Assembly (NCBI GenBank): GCA_973895155.1
Contig: OZ316895.1
Span: forward strand, 2,529,659 to 2,593,658
Reading direction: 5' to 3'
Length of the DNA: 64,000 nt
DNA from: Marsupella aquatica
Taxonomy: Eukaryota > Plantae > Marchantiophyta
A program made the translations under genes and the position numbers. Under the pieces are notes generated by a model. That model was given only the letters and a program-made list of their open reading frames with translations. It did not search any database and was not told the DNA's origin. Shown piece after piece: positions 13,010-23,743 of this stretch (positions are counted from its first letter, which is position 1; each line of letters begins with the position of its first letter).

Positions 13010-13579
13010 ATCTTGCATCTTGCTCCCTTCCTTGAGCCTGAGGCTCATCAAGAGAGACTTCTTGTGCAGCCGGTCTGACGCATCTTCTCGGTAGTACTTC
13101 TCTCTAAGAGCCTTGAACAGTGATGCGCAATCCGCATAATCATCCAACTGCTTGATGATGTGCGGCTTGAGATATAGCATCACTGTGTTGACAGCAATCA
13201 CCTGCTCTTGTCTCCACTGCTGCACAGAAATCTCCTCCTCTCCATCATACTGCTCTCGTGATGAAAGCAGACGAGCTAAGCCCATGGCCCGTAGAACACC
13301 CTTCACTTGCTTCTCCCATAGCAAGTAATCAGTACGACCATCATACTTCTCCACCTCAAACTTCACTCCTCCGAATCTAGCCATCTCCCTCTTCTTCCCT
13401 ACTACCGATAGTTCTGGTAGTAGTATAGCTTCCTCCACTGCACGCCGCACCGGTGATCGTACCGGTGTTACTTGTTCCTCCTCAAATGGTAGCAGCTCCT
13501 CCTCAGACTCTCTGTCTGACCGTCGCGATCCTGAAGCTCCACCGACGCCAATTCTTCCAGTATCCTCCGAGTCACTCAT
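13010..13579 (-). pseudogene. Copia-A gag, N-terminal part (C-terminally deleted, fused to Gypsy RT)
   Basis: KFEVEKYDGRTDYLLWEKQVKGVL and LLMSLRLKEGSKMQDH are Copia gag (UBN2-type) motifs. The zinc knuckle and protease are absent. Confidence 0.88.
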
Positions 13580-15103
13580 AAGAAACAATCACGAAAAAAC
13601 ATCTTTTTTCGAAACTTTTCATAAAACTCAAAACTCAACACCGCCGCGTAGCCCACGAAGCTAGGAGTCCAATACTGAAAGCCGAAACCAAAATCAAAAT
13701 TCGACAAAAAAGTTATTCAAATTTTGGTCGGAGTGGGTAAAACCTTGGGAAACTCCCCCATTTTGACCACCTCGGAGAATAACTGAATTACCTAGTACAA
13801 CCCATCGTTAGAATTGCGATGTGATCGGTGCGCCGCGTTGCTAACTCCAGTGGCAACGTCCTCACCAAAAAAGAACCAAAAAAGTTATCGTTTGGCAAAC
13901 GGAAACTTTGTCGGACGGCCAAAAAACAGCTCTCTGTTTTTCAGGAATATTCCCGCACAGTCCGACAGGTCTCACAGGGGGTTGTTCCCCCTGTCAGAGC
14001 GGTTAAAATGGAGGGCCGCAGGTCCTGGCACAAGGAGAACAAAGTTGGAAGGGAAAAAGAGTAATAATAGGGTCCTTAAGGGGGTGCAAAGCCCCTTAAA
14101 AGAAATACACCCCGTATGGGGTCGGGGATCCGTAAAGACGTATGGCAGGGCGCATACCCGAGCGACTGCGTATGCAGCCGCATACGCTAAGTGCCGGAGG
14201 GGAGGAACGTCGGGGAACAAAAACAAGGCGAGGGCAGGGCGACCGGCGACAGCCCAATCGCGAGTTAGGTTTAAAGGGGGCCGGGGCGCGGGCGCTAAGG
14301 CAGGGAGTCCCCCTGAAAACGACCGCGATAAAGAGTATGCGGGGATAGGGAAGGCGGGAGGACGTATGTGCGAGAGGAGGGTTCAGAAACGGGATGTGTA
14401 CACTACGTGTGTATACACATGGAAAAAAATAGCCCTAAAGTAACCCAAAAAAATACCGTTTTAAGGGAAAAATGCTGGTTACACACCTTCCGTCCGCCGT
14501 TTTTAGTGAGGAAAGTGAACGCCGCCGACGGGAAAAGTTGCCGAATTGCACCGGCACAGTCTGCAACTCCAGCATAGGAAACAATTTCCGCCGCGTCGTC
14601 TTCACTCCGCGTCAAGTGCCTATCCCGGGCTCAAAATGACCGCCTCACCGCGATCAAACCGTTGAGCCGTGGCACTTTGCGTCTCTTCCACCGAGTCGGA
14701 CGTCACGAAGAGAAACCCAGTTTAGATGAGAACAAGCTCCATAGCTTGTGAAAAAACCTGAACGCCTCCTTCACTCGTCACGACGCACTCGGTAATAACT
14801 CGGCAGCAGCTCAGCTACCAAAATGACCAGCTCGATTCAACCTTCAACGTGAGCTATAATGTGCGATCCCTCCCGCACCGCACGGCTCACACCGTTGAAA
14901 AACGCGAACTCTGGTCTCTCCCCCGAAAAGCCGTCGAACACGAATAAAACCTGAACGATGCAAACTTCGATTCCTCCGCACCACGGATACGGATCAACGA
15001 GTTCTAACCGCGACGAAACTCCAAATGTACCATCGACAGTGAACGCTGGAAAAACCTGTCACGAAAAAACCTGGTCACCTCCCAGGCATGCTTTGATACC
15101 ACT

Positions 15104-15449
15104 TGGTGAGCATAGACGACATTCGTAATGGCAAGCCCACCCGAACCATCCAACGCACAATAGTCGTCACAGAGAAATACGTGGTTCACCTCCACATGAG
15201 GCTACGTCCACGGGAACACACAAGAGCTTTACTGCACTCTAGGTCGACCGACCATACCAAGCATCCACAGCACAAGCTCTCCCTATCTCTCAACTAGCTC
15301 CGTAACAATGAGCCTAAGTTCCACCAGGGTCTGGCATCAGCCCTGGCTATATACACAAAAGCACTACTGCTAACATTAGCTAAGTCCTAACCCGAGTTAG
15401 ACTAACTGTGGTTAGCTCATGAGTCACAAGACTAGAGCAATATCTAACA
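15104..15449 (-). repeat. 5' LTR of Copia-A (346 bp)
   Basis: Direct repeat of 5039-5382, with the PBS on its internal side and the TSD AACTA on its external side. Confidence 0.95.
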
Positions 15450-17079
15450 AACTATGCTCCAAGAATTGCAGCACCCTTCTTGGCATTAGTCTACATCTCC
15501 TTTGAAGCTATTTGTGAGACTGAGCGCAATAGCAAAAAATTATCAGTAGTGGAATTTTCATTATTGGCATTAATATCCAAAGGAGGAACTTCATAATTAA
15601 GTGAGCAGTTTTGGGGGTAGGTTACTACAAAATGGTAAAGGCAGGACAAGTACAATCTTCCACCTGTGGAACCTATCTGACTTAAATAATCCAAGAAGGT
15701 CCATTGATATCACTCCAAAGGCTATCAGAAGGTTCTATACTCTCAGCATCACACCTTTCCATTCGCCCCCTTTTCCACCCTTACCCTTGTTCGTGGAGAG
15801 GGGATGCTGCTTAGGAGGGGCGCAGTTCCAGCACCTCACCCTTTTTGAAAACAAACCTAGTCCTAACCTATTGCCTTACATAAGAGGGGAGGGGCCTTAG
15901 TCCACTCGGAGGCCATGAAAATATTGGATAATGATATGGTGGGAAGCTAATGTTGGAAACACCGCCTCTCACTAATCTGAGACCACGTTTCTATAAGTTT
16001 GCTTTAAAATTCTTGTGCATTTCTGAAATTTTTGGGATAGAAGGCCAAGATGTAGATGAGATACGTACTTTAGTCCCAGAAATTCCCTAAATAACCTCAT
16101 TTTGTTAGTAGATAGAGTACATATAAATAGGATAATCACTAGTCTCTAGAGTGACATGTGACCTTGACCTAAAAAAAACTTAACTTGTCCAGCCAAACAC
16201 CACATATCTGGTTAGGGGAAGAAAACTTCCACCTAAAAACGAGGGGGAGTTAGCAAGAACCTAAAAAATAATAATAAGGTACTTCACATGAAATTCTGAG
16301 TTCAGGAAGATTGGGTTCCTTATCCATTTGTGACAACAAAACGTTTAAAGCTGCTTTTAAGTCTCAAATTTTCCAACACCATTGTCACTACCCCTCGTTT
16401 CTCATATCTTTCCATGTCAATCATGCAGAAAGTTTTAAAGTGCCTGTGTGTGCACCAATTCAATTTCCATTATTCTGATGGCGTCGTTCCTGATAAAAAG
16501 TACTTTTCTCATCATTTGCATAGCATGCAAACTTGGAAGGTGAAGGAGTGGAGCATATATATTGGCTCAATATTAAATTCAATTCAATGATACTTTCACA
16601 AGGACAGATGGGGAATCAGTTTCAACATGCAGAAGGGGAAGACAAGACCATGCAAAGGCTTGAGAAGAGACGTGAAGAAGAATGATGACGAGATCAATCA
16701 TCTCTGCTGCATTGCCCACAAAAGCAACTGACCCACCAGACTCACTTTGCTGAGACTGATTGTGGACGACTTCAAACATTTTCATCAATCTGAAGGCCCT
16801 TTAACAGCCCAACATGGAGGAGCATAATTTTTCGCAGCTGAATGAACACACATCAAGACCCTAGTCCAGTCTTTCAAATGTTTTTCCTGACTTTCAAATC
16901 GCCACATTTTTATTGTGTTCCCGATCCAATACATTCTGTAAGTAGGGGGATGACCCTTCGTCTAGAGATAGTAAAGAGCAGGAGAGGTTGAGAGAAGCAC
17001 AAAACAAGACTGGTCGATGGACAGAAATCGGATCTCTTAATCTCAGCCGCCTGTCTGAGCTATCTCAAAACGAAGTGTT

Positions 17080-19913
17080 CTAGTAGTCACACAAAAGTGT
17101 CTCCCGTGTAGCATTTCCAGTGACTGGATTTACCCTGCAAAACAATCCCACGAATTACAACTTCATAGAGTCAATCTCATCTAAGGGAATAAAAGCTTTG
17201 CAACTGATTGCTTGAAAGATGATGGGGACGAGGGTACGCACCCGTCTGCTCTGTCACACAACTGCAACCGTTGATCATCCCTCCACAGGACGTCTGTAAA
17301 GTCTGGTATTTGCAAGTGGGCACGTAAACCAAGGAGAGAGTTCAGAATAACGAAGCCATCAAATCTGGAATGAGCAAGAATCCTGAAGTTGTCAAGGGCA
17401 AATGAACACCCGAAAGATGTAAAATTTTAGATTCAAGATTCAAACACTGAAGTGAAGGAAATGTGGTTCAAAGAGATACTGCCGGTGGGAAACTCCTCCA
17501 ATCGAGACTTCACAAGACGATAGGGCTCTTACCTGCACCAGTAATGATTGCACCCTTGAAAGATGTGTTGCCAGTCACAAGGGCACCCTCCAAGTTAGCA
17601 TTAGTCAAGTTAGCCTGCAGCAGAGAAGATCTACCTCATCAGTGACAGTACAACAATAATTGGATTTGCAAAATCAACAAAAATAGTTTTGATTCGAACA
17701 CTTAACAGGGATTCTTGCCTTTGCTACATTTGCCAAAGAGAAGTCTGCCCCACGGAGATCAGCATCAGTAAGATCGGCACCTGCACATCGATGTCCACGC
17801 CAGGGTTCATCTACTTTTGTCTCTGCATCGTTAAACTGCATTGCCAATCCCGCAGAAGTTGTCCAATGTTGATGTTTGTAATTTCTGTCATGGTCTGTGT
17901 GAACTATGACTTTACTCCGGTTGTCCCTGGTAAGACCTAAATCGCAGGCAGGCAAGAGTAGAGAAACATACGGTGAAAATTTCAAAAATCGGCATCTACT
18001 CGCAATACTGATAGTGCACTAGAAGTGCCAGGAATACCAACCTGTGAGGTCTGAATCGAAAAAACTCGCTCCAAACAGCTTTGCTCCTTTGAAGTTGACT
18101 TGTCGCAGGATTGACTGCCACCACCATAGATTCATCAGCAGCAAGTTTCTAGAAAGCGAACGTAGGATAGTGGTAGCAGAGTCTCAAAATTGCACACACA
18201 AGCCCCTTCACTATTACTAAAGTGCATCAAAATCTCAAGAAGAGGGACTTGGTTTGTATGCCCCCAACAAACAAACCAACTGGTACCGTTTTGAAATCCT
18301 GCTTTATGAGAGTTCTTCCACTAAAATCCTTTCCACTAAGGTCCTGACCGCGGGTGACTTCCATGCCATATGGTCCCCCGCCCTGTTTCACAATCACATG
18401 TGCACCTTAATAAGCGTCAAAACGTCATAAAACAAAAACGCCAAAACCCCTTTGTGGCGTGACCTAGCTGAAAATTCATTCGCAATAGTCTGTTATCCAG
18501 ACATTAAAGTCAACGCAATTGCTGACGATGTGAGGATATATTTCAGCATAGAAGCATCCTTCCTCTGCAAAGATACAACTCTGAACTGCATTGCTGAGGC
18601 ATTCAGATGTAGGAAAAATGGCAGTTCACAGTTGTATCTGACAAATACAAACAGGGGTGTAACCGACAAACGTCAAGAAGAGAACTGACCCTGTAAGCAA
18701 GCGCTGGATACGTGTAGCAAAGTGCAGCAGCGGCAAGACCCACCAGGCCCAATCTCGCACATACAGTTGCAAAACAGAACTCCGAGTTCTCCTCTCCTGC
18801 ATTGGCCTTGAAACCAAATATAAATGAAAAGAAAAATAGTCAATTTGACGACGGAGCCAATGACCAACAGTACAAAAAATCAAATTGAGTTGCAGTTGGA
18901 CCCTAGCCTGAGAATTACTTGCTGAACCTCATTTGCCAACGCTGAGCAGCTATACTTTAGAGTAAACTATCAGACTCAATTTCTTTCTGATTTGAAGTTC
19001 TGCTGCCTCTAGAGAAGAAACCCTGGACAATTAAGAAACGCGAGCAGGATTCTCGGTTCCAAAATAGCAGATCTCCAATGCGATCCAATGTGTTTTGCAT
19101 CTGATTCCAATTTCAATGAGATAACCCCCTGTAATTGGTGCTCAACTGAAAGAGCTCTGGTTTTGGTCCCTGGGGGTGAAGACGGCATATCTTTATAATC
19201 CACGATTCTCAGCAAACGAAAATCTCCATTTGCAAGAGGTGGATTCTTAAGTTCAAACAGGTGACAATGTCGCGACTAGAATGAATTCGAATGCCTGCTC
19301 GTTGGCACCTTCACACCTAGACTTTTCACTTTACCTGGATACGTCTCTAATTAGGATTGCACGAGTAGTACCACTTATTTGTTTCTACGTCTCAAAAGAG
19401 CCGCGCGCTGGAGCTGCAAGGGAATGAATGCCCAAGCTGCCCGGTTCCAACCCGCAGGAGGTCGAAGTAAGAACCGCGAATGCCTGGGACAGTGGAGAAA
19501 TCAACAGCTAAATTGGGCCAATTTTGAAAGCCTCACGGCAAATGAGTTCCTCACACAACTAGAATTCCAATACCGCCATGTAAGGAAATTGTCCCTTGTA
19601 AAAAACCCGAGTTTGGGGATGATCGTCAATACGCAGTAATACCTTCACCTTGGTCATGAGAAAAGTACAACTCGAAAAATGCAGAATTGAGTATAAACCT
19701 CTGTATTGAACCGGACCAGTAGCTCACCCGTGAGTCAACTCCCGAGGTGGTGGTCGTCAAGGGGCCTCCTTCTCCGGACAAAGAGCGGCCAACTAAGCGC
19801 ACAGTCGTTGGCCGGTTAGAACTTTCACATTGCTGTTGTCTTTGCGGGGCAGAAGACGCGCTACAGGCGGCGGTGGCTCTGCCTCGAACCAAGCTCAGTG
19901 GCATCGTTGCCAT
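17080..19913 (-). CDS. TL15: Thylakoid lumenal 15 kDa pentapeptide-repeat protein (At2g44920-like)
   Basis: Exons approx. 19913-19728, 18806-18690, 18382-18287, 18114-18042, 17780-17719, 17614-17533, 17302-17242, 17134-17080. They give a transit peptide plus A-L-A lumenal cleavage site, then YRGGGPYGMEVTRGQDLSGKDFSGRTLIKQDFKTSILRQVNFKGAKLFGASFFDSDLTGADLTDADLRGADFSLAN...GVNPVTGNATRETLLCDY*. The N-terminal exon structure is less certain. Confidence 0.9.
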
Positions 19914-20593
19914 GGCTCGTGGTGATTAACAACACAGCATCAAACGCCTGCCACCCTTTCAGCCAATTCCAATTCCTGCGGTCGGATGGCTTCGAGAAGT
20001 CGAGCTGCTTTCGATCTTTCCTGCGCCAATTTTCTGTCTATCTCTCACGCGGAGTGCACAGAGAATCTTCGGATCAGGTTCAAACAAACTTGGTTTTTCG
20101 CTCCCGCAATTCAGCGAGCCTGGCTGGGCTGATGATGATGACCACGTCTCTCATCTCTCTTTGTCCAACAAGCTAGCGCTAGCTAGCTGGCTGGCTTCCT
20201 TGGGTCCTGATTGTCTCTTGGCACTGGAGGAGGTGGGGTCCATTGCCAACTTATCCACAAACCACTCTCTCTTTTTCCATCCAGGTGATCACTTTACTCA
20301 GCGATGAAGGCATGGTGACTGGAGCCAGGTACTGTAGTAAGGTGCTGAATGCTAGGCATAGCTGGCGAGTTCTAATGCATTCCTTTTCTAACCACCTTCC
20401 TGGCTCCCTTCGACCTCCGCGTATTCGAGAAGGGCAGATTACTCACACGAAGGTAAAGTATCGGTTGCGAATTGAAATCGGTTCGCCAAACTTAGGAGTG
20501 GGCGATGGAGCTCGAATCATGAACTCTCAGCAAATCGATATAGCGAGACGTGCGCTTCGCGAATTGTCGAACTCATTTACTCAATTTAAAATA

Positions 20594-20980
20594 CAGTCGA
20601 ATCTCGATTTGTCCCCAAATAGGGCCATTTGGGGCGACAAATGACATATGTCGCCCTGGATGACCCACCCACCCCTCCCAGCCCCGACCCTAAACCTGGG
20701 GCCGGCTCAGTTAACCGGGGGAGTCTGGGACCGGATTGGGAGACTTCAGGAGACTTTGCGACCGGGCCGGGAGGGTTGGGGGAGTCCAGGGCCGGGAAGG
20801 ATTGGGAAAGTCTGTGACCCGGCCGGGAAGGGTCGGGAGAGTTCCGGACCAGGCCAGAGGATGATTTGGAAATTTCTGGTCCCCATAAGGGAATATAAAA
20901 GAATATTGGATAAATAGGTCATTTTTGAACTGACAAATTGTCATTTGTCATGTTGGACAAGTAGACATCTTATCCGACAG
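20594..20980. mobile_element. Possible degenerate Tc1/mariner(pogo)-like non-autonomous element with a G-rich internal repeat
   Basis: TA|CAGTCGAATCTCGAT left end, an 11-bp inverted repeat GACAAATGACA (20636) / TGTCATTTGTC (20939), and internal imperfect repeats of GGCCGGGAAGG.T.GGGA.AGT. The right TIR is poorly conserved. Confidence 0.35.
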
Positions 20981-21966
20981 TGAAAATCGGGTCATTAAGC
21001 TGAGTAAAGTCCTGTATTTCTTGGGTAATTATAGATTTACTGGCTAAGTAGAGCATTGCAGCTCCTAAAATAGCTTGGTTAAAATGCAAACACTTGGCCA
21101 CAATGGGCACCAACCCAAGGATGATTCTGAGTCCAAACATCTGACTCGACAGTGGGCACCAACACGAGGGTAATTGTAAGTGAAGACACCTCACTCTACA
21201 AGATTGTAGCAGATTTAAACCCAATATATTTTTAAACAATTGATTTCTAATTTCTGTATAGGAATGCAGGTTACAGGTGTGTGACCATTCACTGAGGTCC
21301 TACCTATTCTCATAATCTATTGCCCCAAGTATTTTTTCCATACAATAATTACATACTATGAAAGAGGTGTTGGGCAAGGGTTCTAGCCTGAACCCTGTTC
21401 CCGAACAGCTTAGAAAAAGCTTTGTGGCTGCTGTCGGTCAGAGTCTTCTCACTTTCTGGTTCTTTGCTGTATGTTATGAAATGTGCAGAACACGTGCATG
21501 CATGATTTCTGTGATAATCATGCATAATAACAAATAGAAGGCAAAAATATTCAAACTGGTTTGAGTATGGCATACTTTTGGGACTCATGGCTATGGCATC
21601 AGTAGTTTGCCAGCAATAATCCTAATGCTAAGGTATTGTGGGGGAGAGGGCCTCCCAGAGCCAATTAATGTTAGTATCGCTGCCCAACCCAATTGGCGGA
21701 GAAAGCTTTGATGATATGTAATCTTATTTCCTCTAATTTAGAGTCATAGTTTGGCCCACTCTACAATGAGATAGATCCTGATTCCTTAAAAATTGCTAGA
21801 TGATAGTCCCTTCCATGCATAGATGGCATCACGCCTTCCATATTCCCAAAAATGTAGCTGCCCTCAAAATTTGCCAGAGCTGGGTGGTGCATTCGAGTGC
21901 TCGGGTACAGTTCTGGAGATCCCAAGAGAGCCTGATTGGCAATCAAAGTAAATCTGAGTCATGTGA

Positions 21967-22550
21967 GATGGAGAAAATAAGTGACAACAAAAGTGTATAG
22001 TGTAAATCCGTTTCAAGAGGGCACTGTCTTAGATAAACCCTGGCTGCCGGAGGTCCTTTTCCAGTGACGACGTCCCTGGGAAAGGGATTTATGGTGCTTG
22101 GAGCCTGACCTAGATTTCTCTTATTTTTGGTACGATTGGTAGCTGAAAACCTGCCCAAGGCATTCATTCACTCATGTTTGATGGAGAAAATGTGGGAAGA
22201 CAAAAGTGTGTAGTATGGCCGTCTCAAGAGGGCACTGTCTTGGATCGTCCTTGTCAAAGGGATTTATGGTGCTTGGAGCTTGACTTAGATTCTCTTAAAT
22301 TTGGTACGATTGGTAGCAGAAAAACCTGCCCCCAAGGCATTCATTCACTCATGCTCGATGGATGGAGAAAATGTGTGAAGACAAAAGTGTATAGTATGGC
22401 CGTCTCAAGAGGCCACTATCTTGGATAAAGACTGAGGGTAGGGCTGCACGAGGTCCTTTTCCCGGGACATTATACTCATGAAAGGGCTTTAGGGTGCTTG
22501 GAGCTGACTTAGATTTCTCTTATTTTTGGAATGTCTGGTAGTTGAAAATG
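21967..22550. repeat. Three diverged tandem copies of a ~180-210 bp unit
   Basis: Anchors GATGGAGAAAAT..ACAAAAGTGT, CAAGAGG.CACT.TCTT, GGTGCTTGGAGC and TAGATT..CTCTT recur in units starting ~21967, ~22180 and ~22361. Confidence 0.9.
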
Positions 22551-22852
22551 TATTCACACTTATACCCAGGACGTCCAGATGTATTCCCAGATCTTCGCCC
22601 ACAGGATGCTCACATAGATTCCCAGATCCCCCAGCTCAGAAGAAATGTTTACTATCAACCCAGATAACTCCACTGCAAAGTACAATCCGGAAAACCCAGG
22701 GAGGGCTTTGAAATTTATTTCACAAACTACTCTCTTGGTCGGTGGATTGCCAGAAGGAGTTTTGCTTTCTTTGGACGTGTGGACTCTAGAATGGAGTAGA
22801 TTGTTCTGCACGGTTGACTGATAAGTACCGAGTACACTACTTCATAACCAGA

Positions 22853-23154
22853 TGATAAGATTTAGAGAAAGAACTTAATACAAGTCACCCGTAGGCCCCT
22901 GGATAAATACTAGAGGGGAAGGGAGGGTGAGCCGCCCAAGAGCCACACAGGGCTAATCCAATAGATAAGCAGAAACGACACCTAGAAGCTACAAGTTAAA
23001 GAACAAGGGCCCCATGCCGATAGTTATGGGATTACCAAGGGATAAGCAGGATCCTGATAATGTACAGCTAATGTAATCGCCACACAATAGTAAACAGCTA
23101 AGATCAAGTTGCCACAGGGAGTGGCATAAAGTCTGGTTGACCATATATTCAACA
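22853..23154 (-). repeat. 3' LTR of Copia-B (302 bp)
   Basis: Direct repeat of 28346-28642, roughly 94-95% identical by eye, with small indels. Confidence 0.95.
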
Positions 23155-23218
23155 CCCTCTCTTCAACCAGATACCATAAGTCAGAGTGGAAAGGAAAGCG
23201 CAGTCCAGCTGGAGGAGA

Positions 23219-23710
23219 ATGGCGGAGTCCAATGAATCGTTGTGGAATGCAGTAGGAGAGTGCTGTTGGGCAAACTGGACAGTACTGTGATTGGCAACTA
23301 TTCGAATATGTCGATTGGTAAGACCAGCAGCCGGCAGTGAAGGGGCAGCGGTGGAGCGGGCGCCGATACATGGGGAGCATGAAGAGCAGGTGGTCGAAGC
23401 AGCAGATCGTGAGGAGCAAGCACAAGGGCTAGTGGCGAGAATGGTAATGGAGAGGGAAATAGTGACACAGGAGCGACCGACGGTAAGGGCAAGAGGTTTG
23501 CCACGTTATTATGCAATTGCTATCGGGAGGAAGCCAGGGATTTATGTGTCATGGGAAGCAGCAAGCAGGCAGGTAACAGGATTTCGAAACAATCGACATG
23601 AGATGTTCAAGTTACGTGCGGAAGTGGAGCAGTACCTAAGGAAGGAGTTAAATGTTGGGGCAATGTCAACTGAAAACAGAGAGCGACTGAGACAAGTAGT
23701 AACATGGTAG
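23219..23710 (+). pseudogene. Antisense ORF in Copia-B encoding an RNase H1 N-terminal hybrid-binding / caulimovirus viroplasmin (Cauli_VI-like) domain; one internal TGA
   Basis: RYYAIAIGRKPGIYVSWEAASRQVTGFRNNRHEMFKLRAEVEQYL matches the family pattern YYAVxxGRxPGIYxxWxExxxQVxGFxxxxYKxFxTxxEAxxYL. The ATG at 23219 is in frame with the listed ORF 23291-23710, separated only by TGA at 23288-23290. Confidence 0.8.
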
Positions 23711-23743
23711 TAAAAAGGTAGAACAGTGAGACGACCATGTAGG

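Larger units (their letters stand above)
5039..15449 (-). mobile_element. Ty1/Copia LTR retrotransposon A (defective, chimeric with a nested Gypsy fragment)
   Basis: Paired TG...CA LTRs (5039-5382, 15104-15449). 5-bp TSD AACTA (5034-5038, 15450-15454). PBS TGGTATCAAAGC (tRNA-iMet-like, 1 mismatch) at 15090-15101. PPT AAGGGGGAGTT next to the left LTR. Copia domain order IN-RT-RH. Confidence 0.95.

Noticed and set aside
13814-14443. 209-aa antisense ORF in the Copia-A 5' leader
   Set aside because: TTG start, low-complexity R/G/K/A composition and no motif; cannot be separated from chance in CpG-rich DNA.
15104-15449. Transversion-rich, uneven differences between the Copia-A LTRs
   Set aside because: About 13 differences are too few to argue gene conversion over ordinary ageing.
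21967-22550. CRISPR-like repeat-spacer interpretation of the tandem arrays
   Set aside because: Eukaryotic context, whole units are homologous (no unique spacers), and there are no cas genes.
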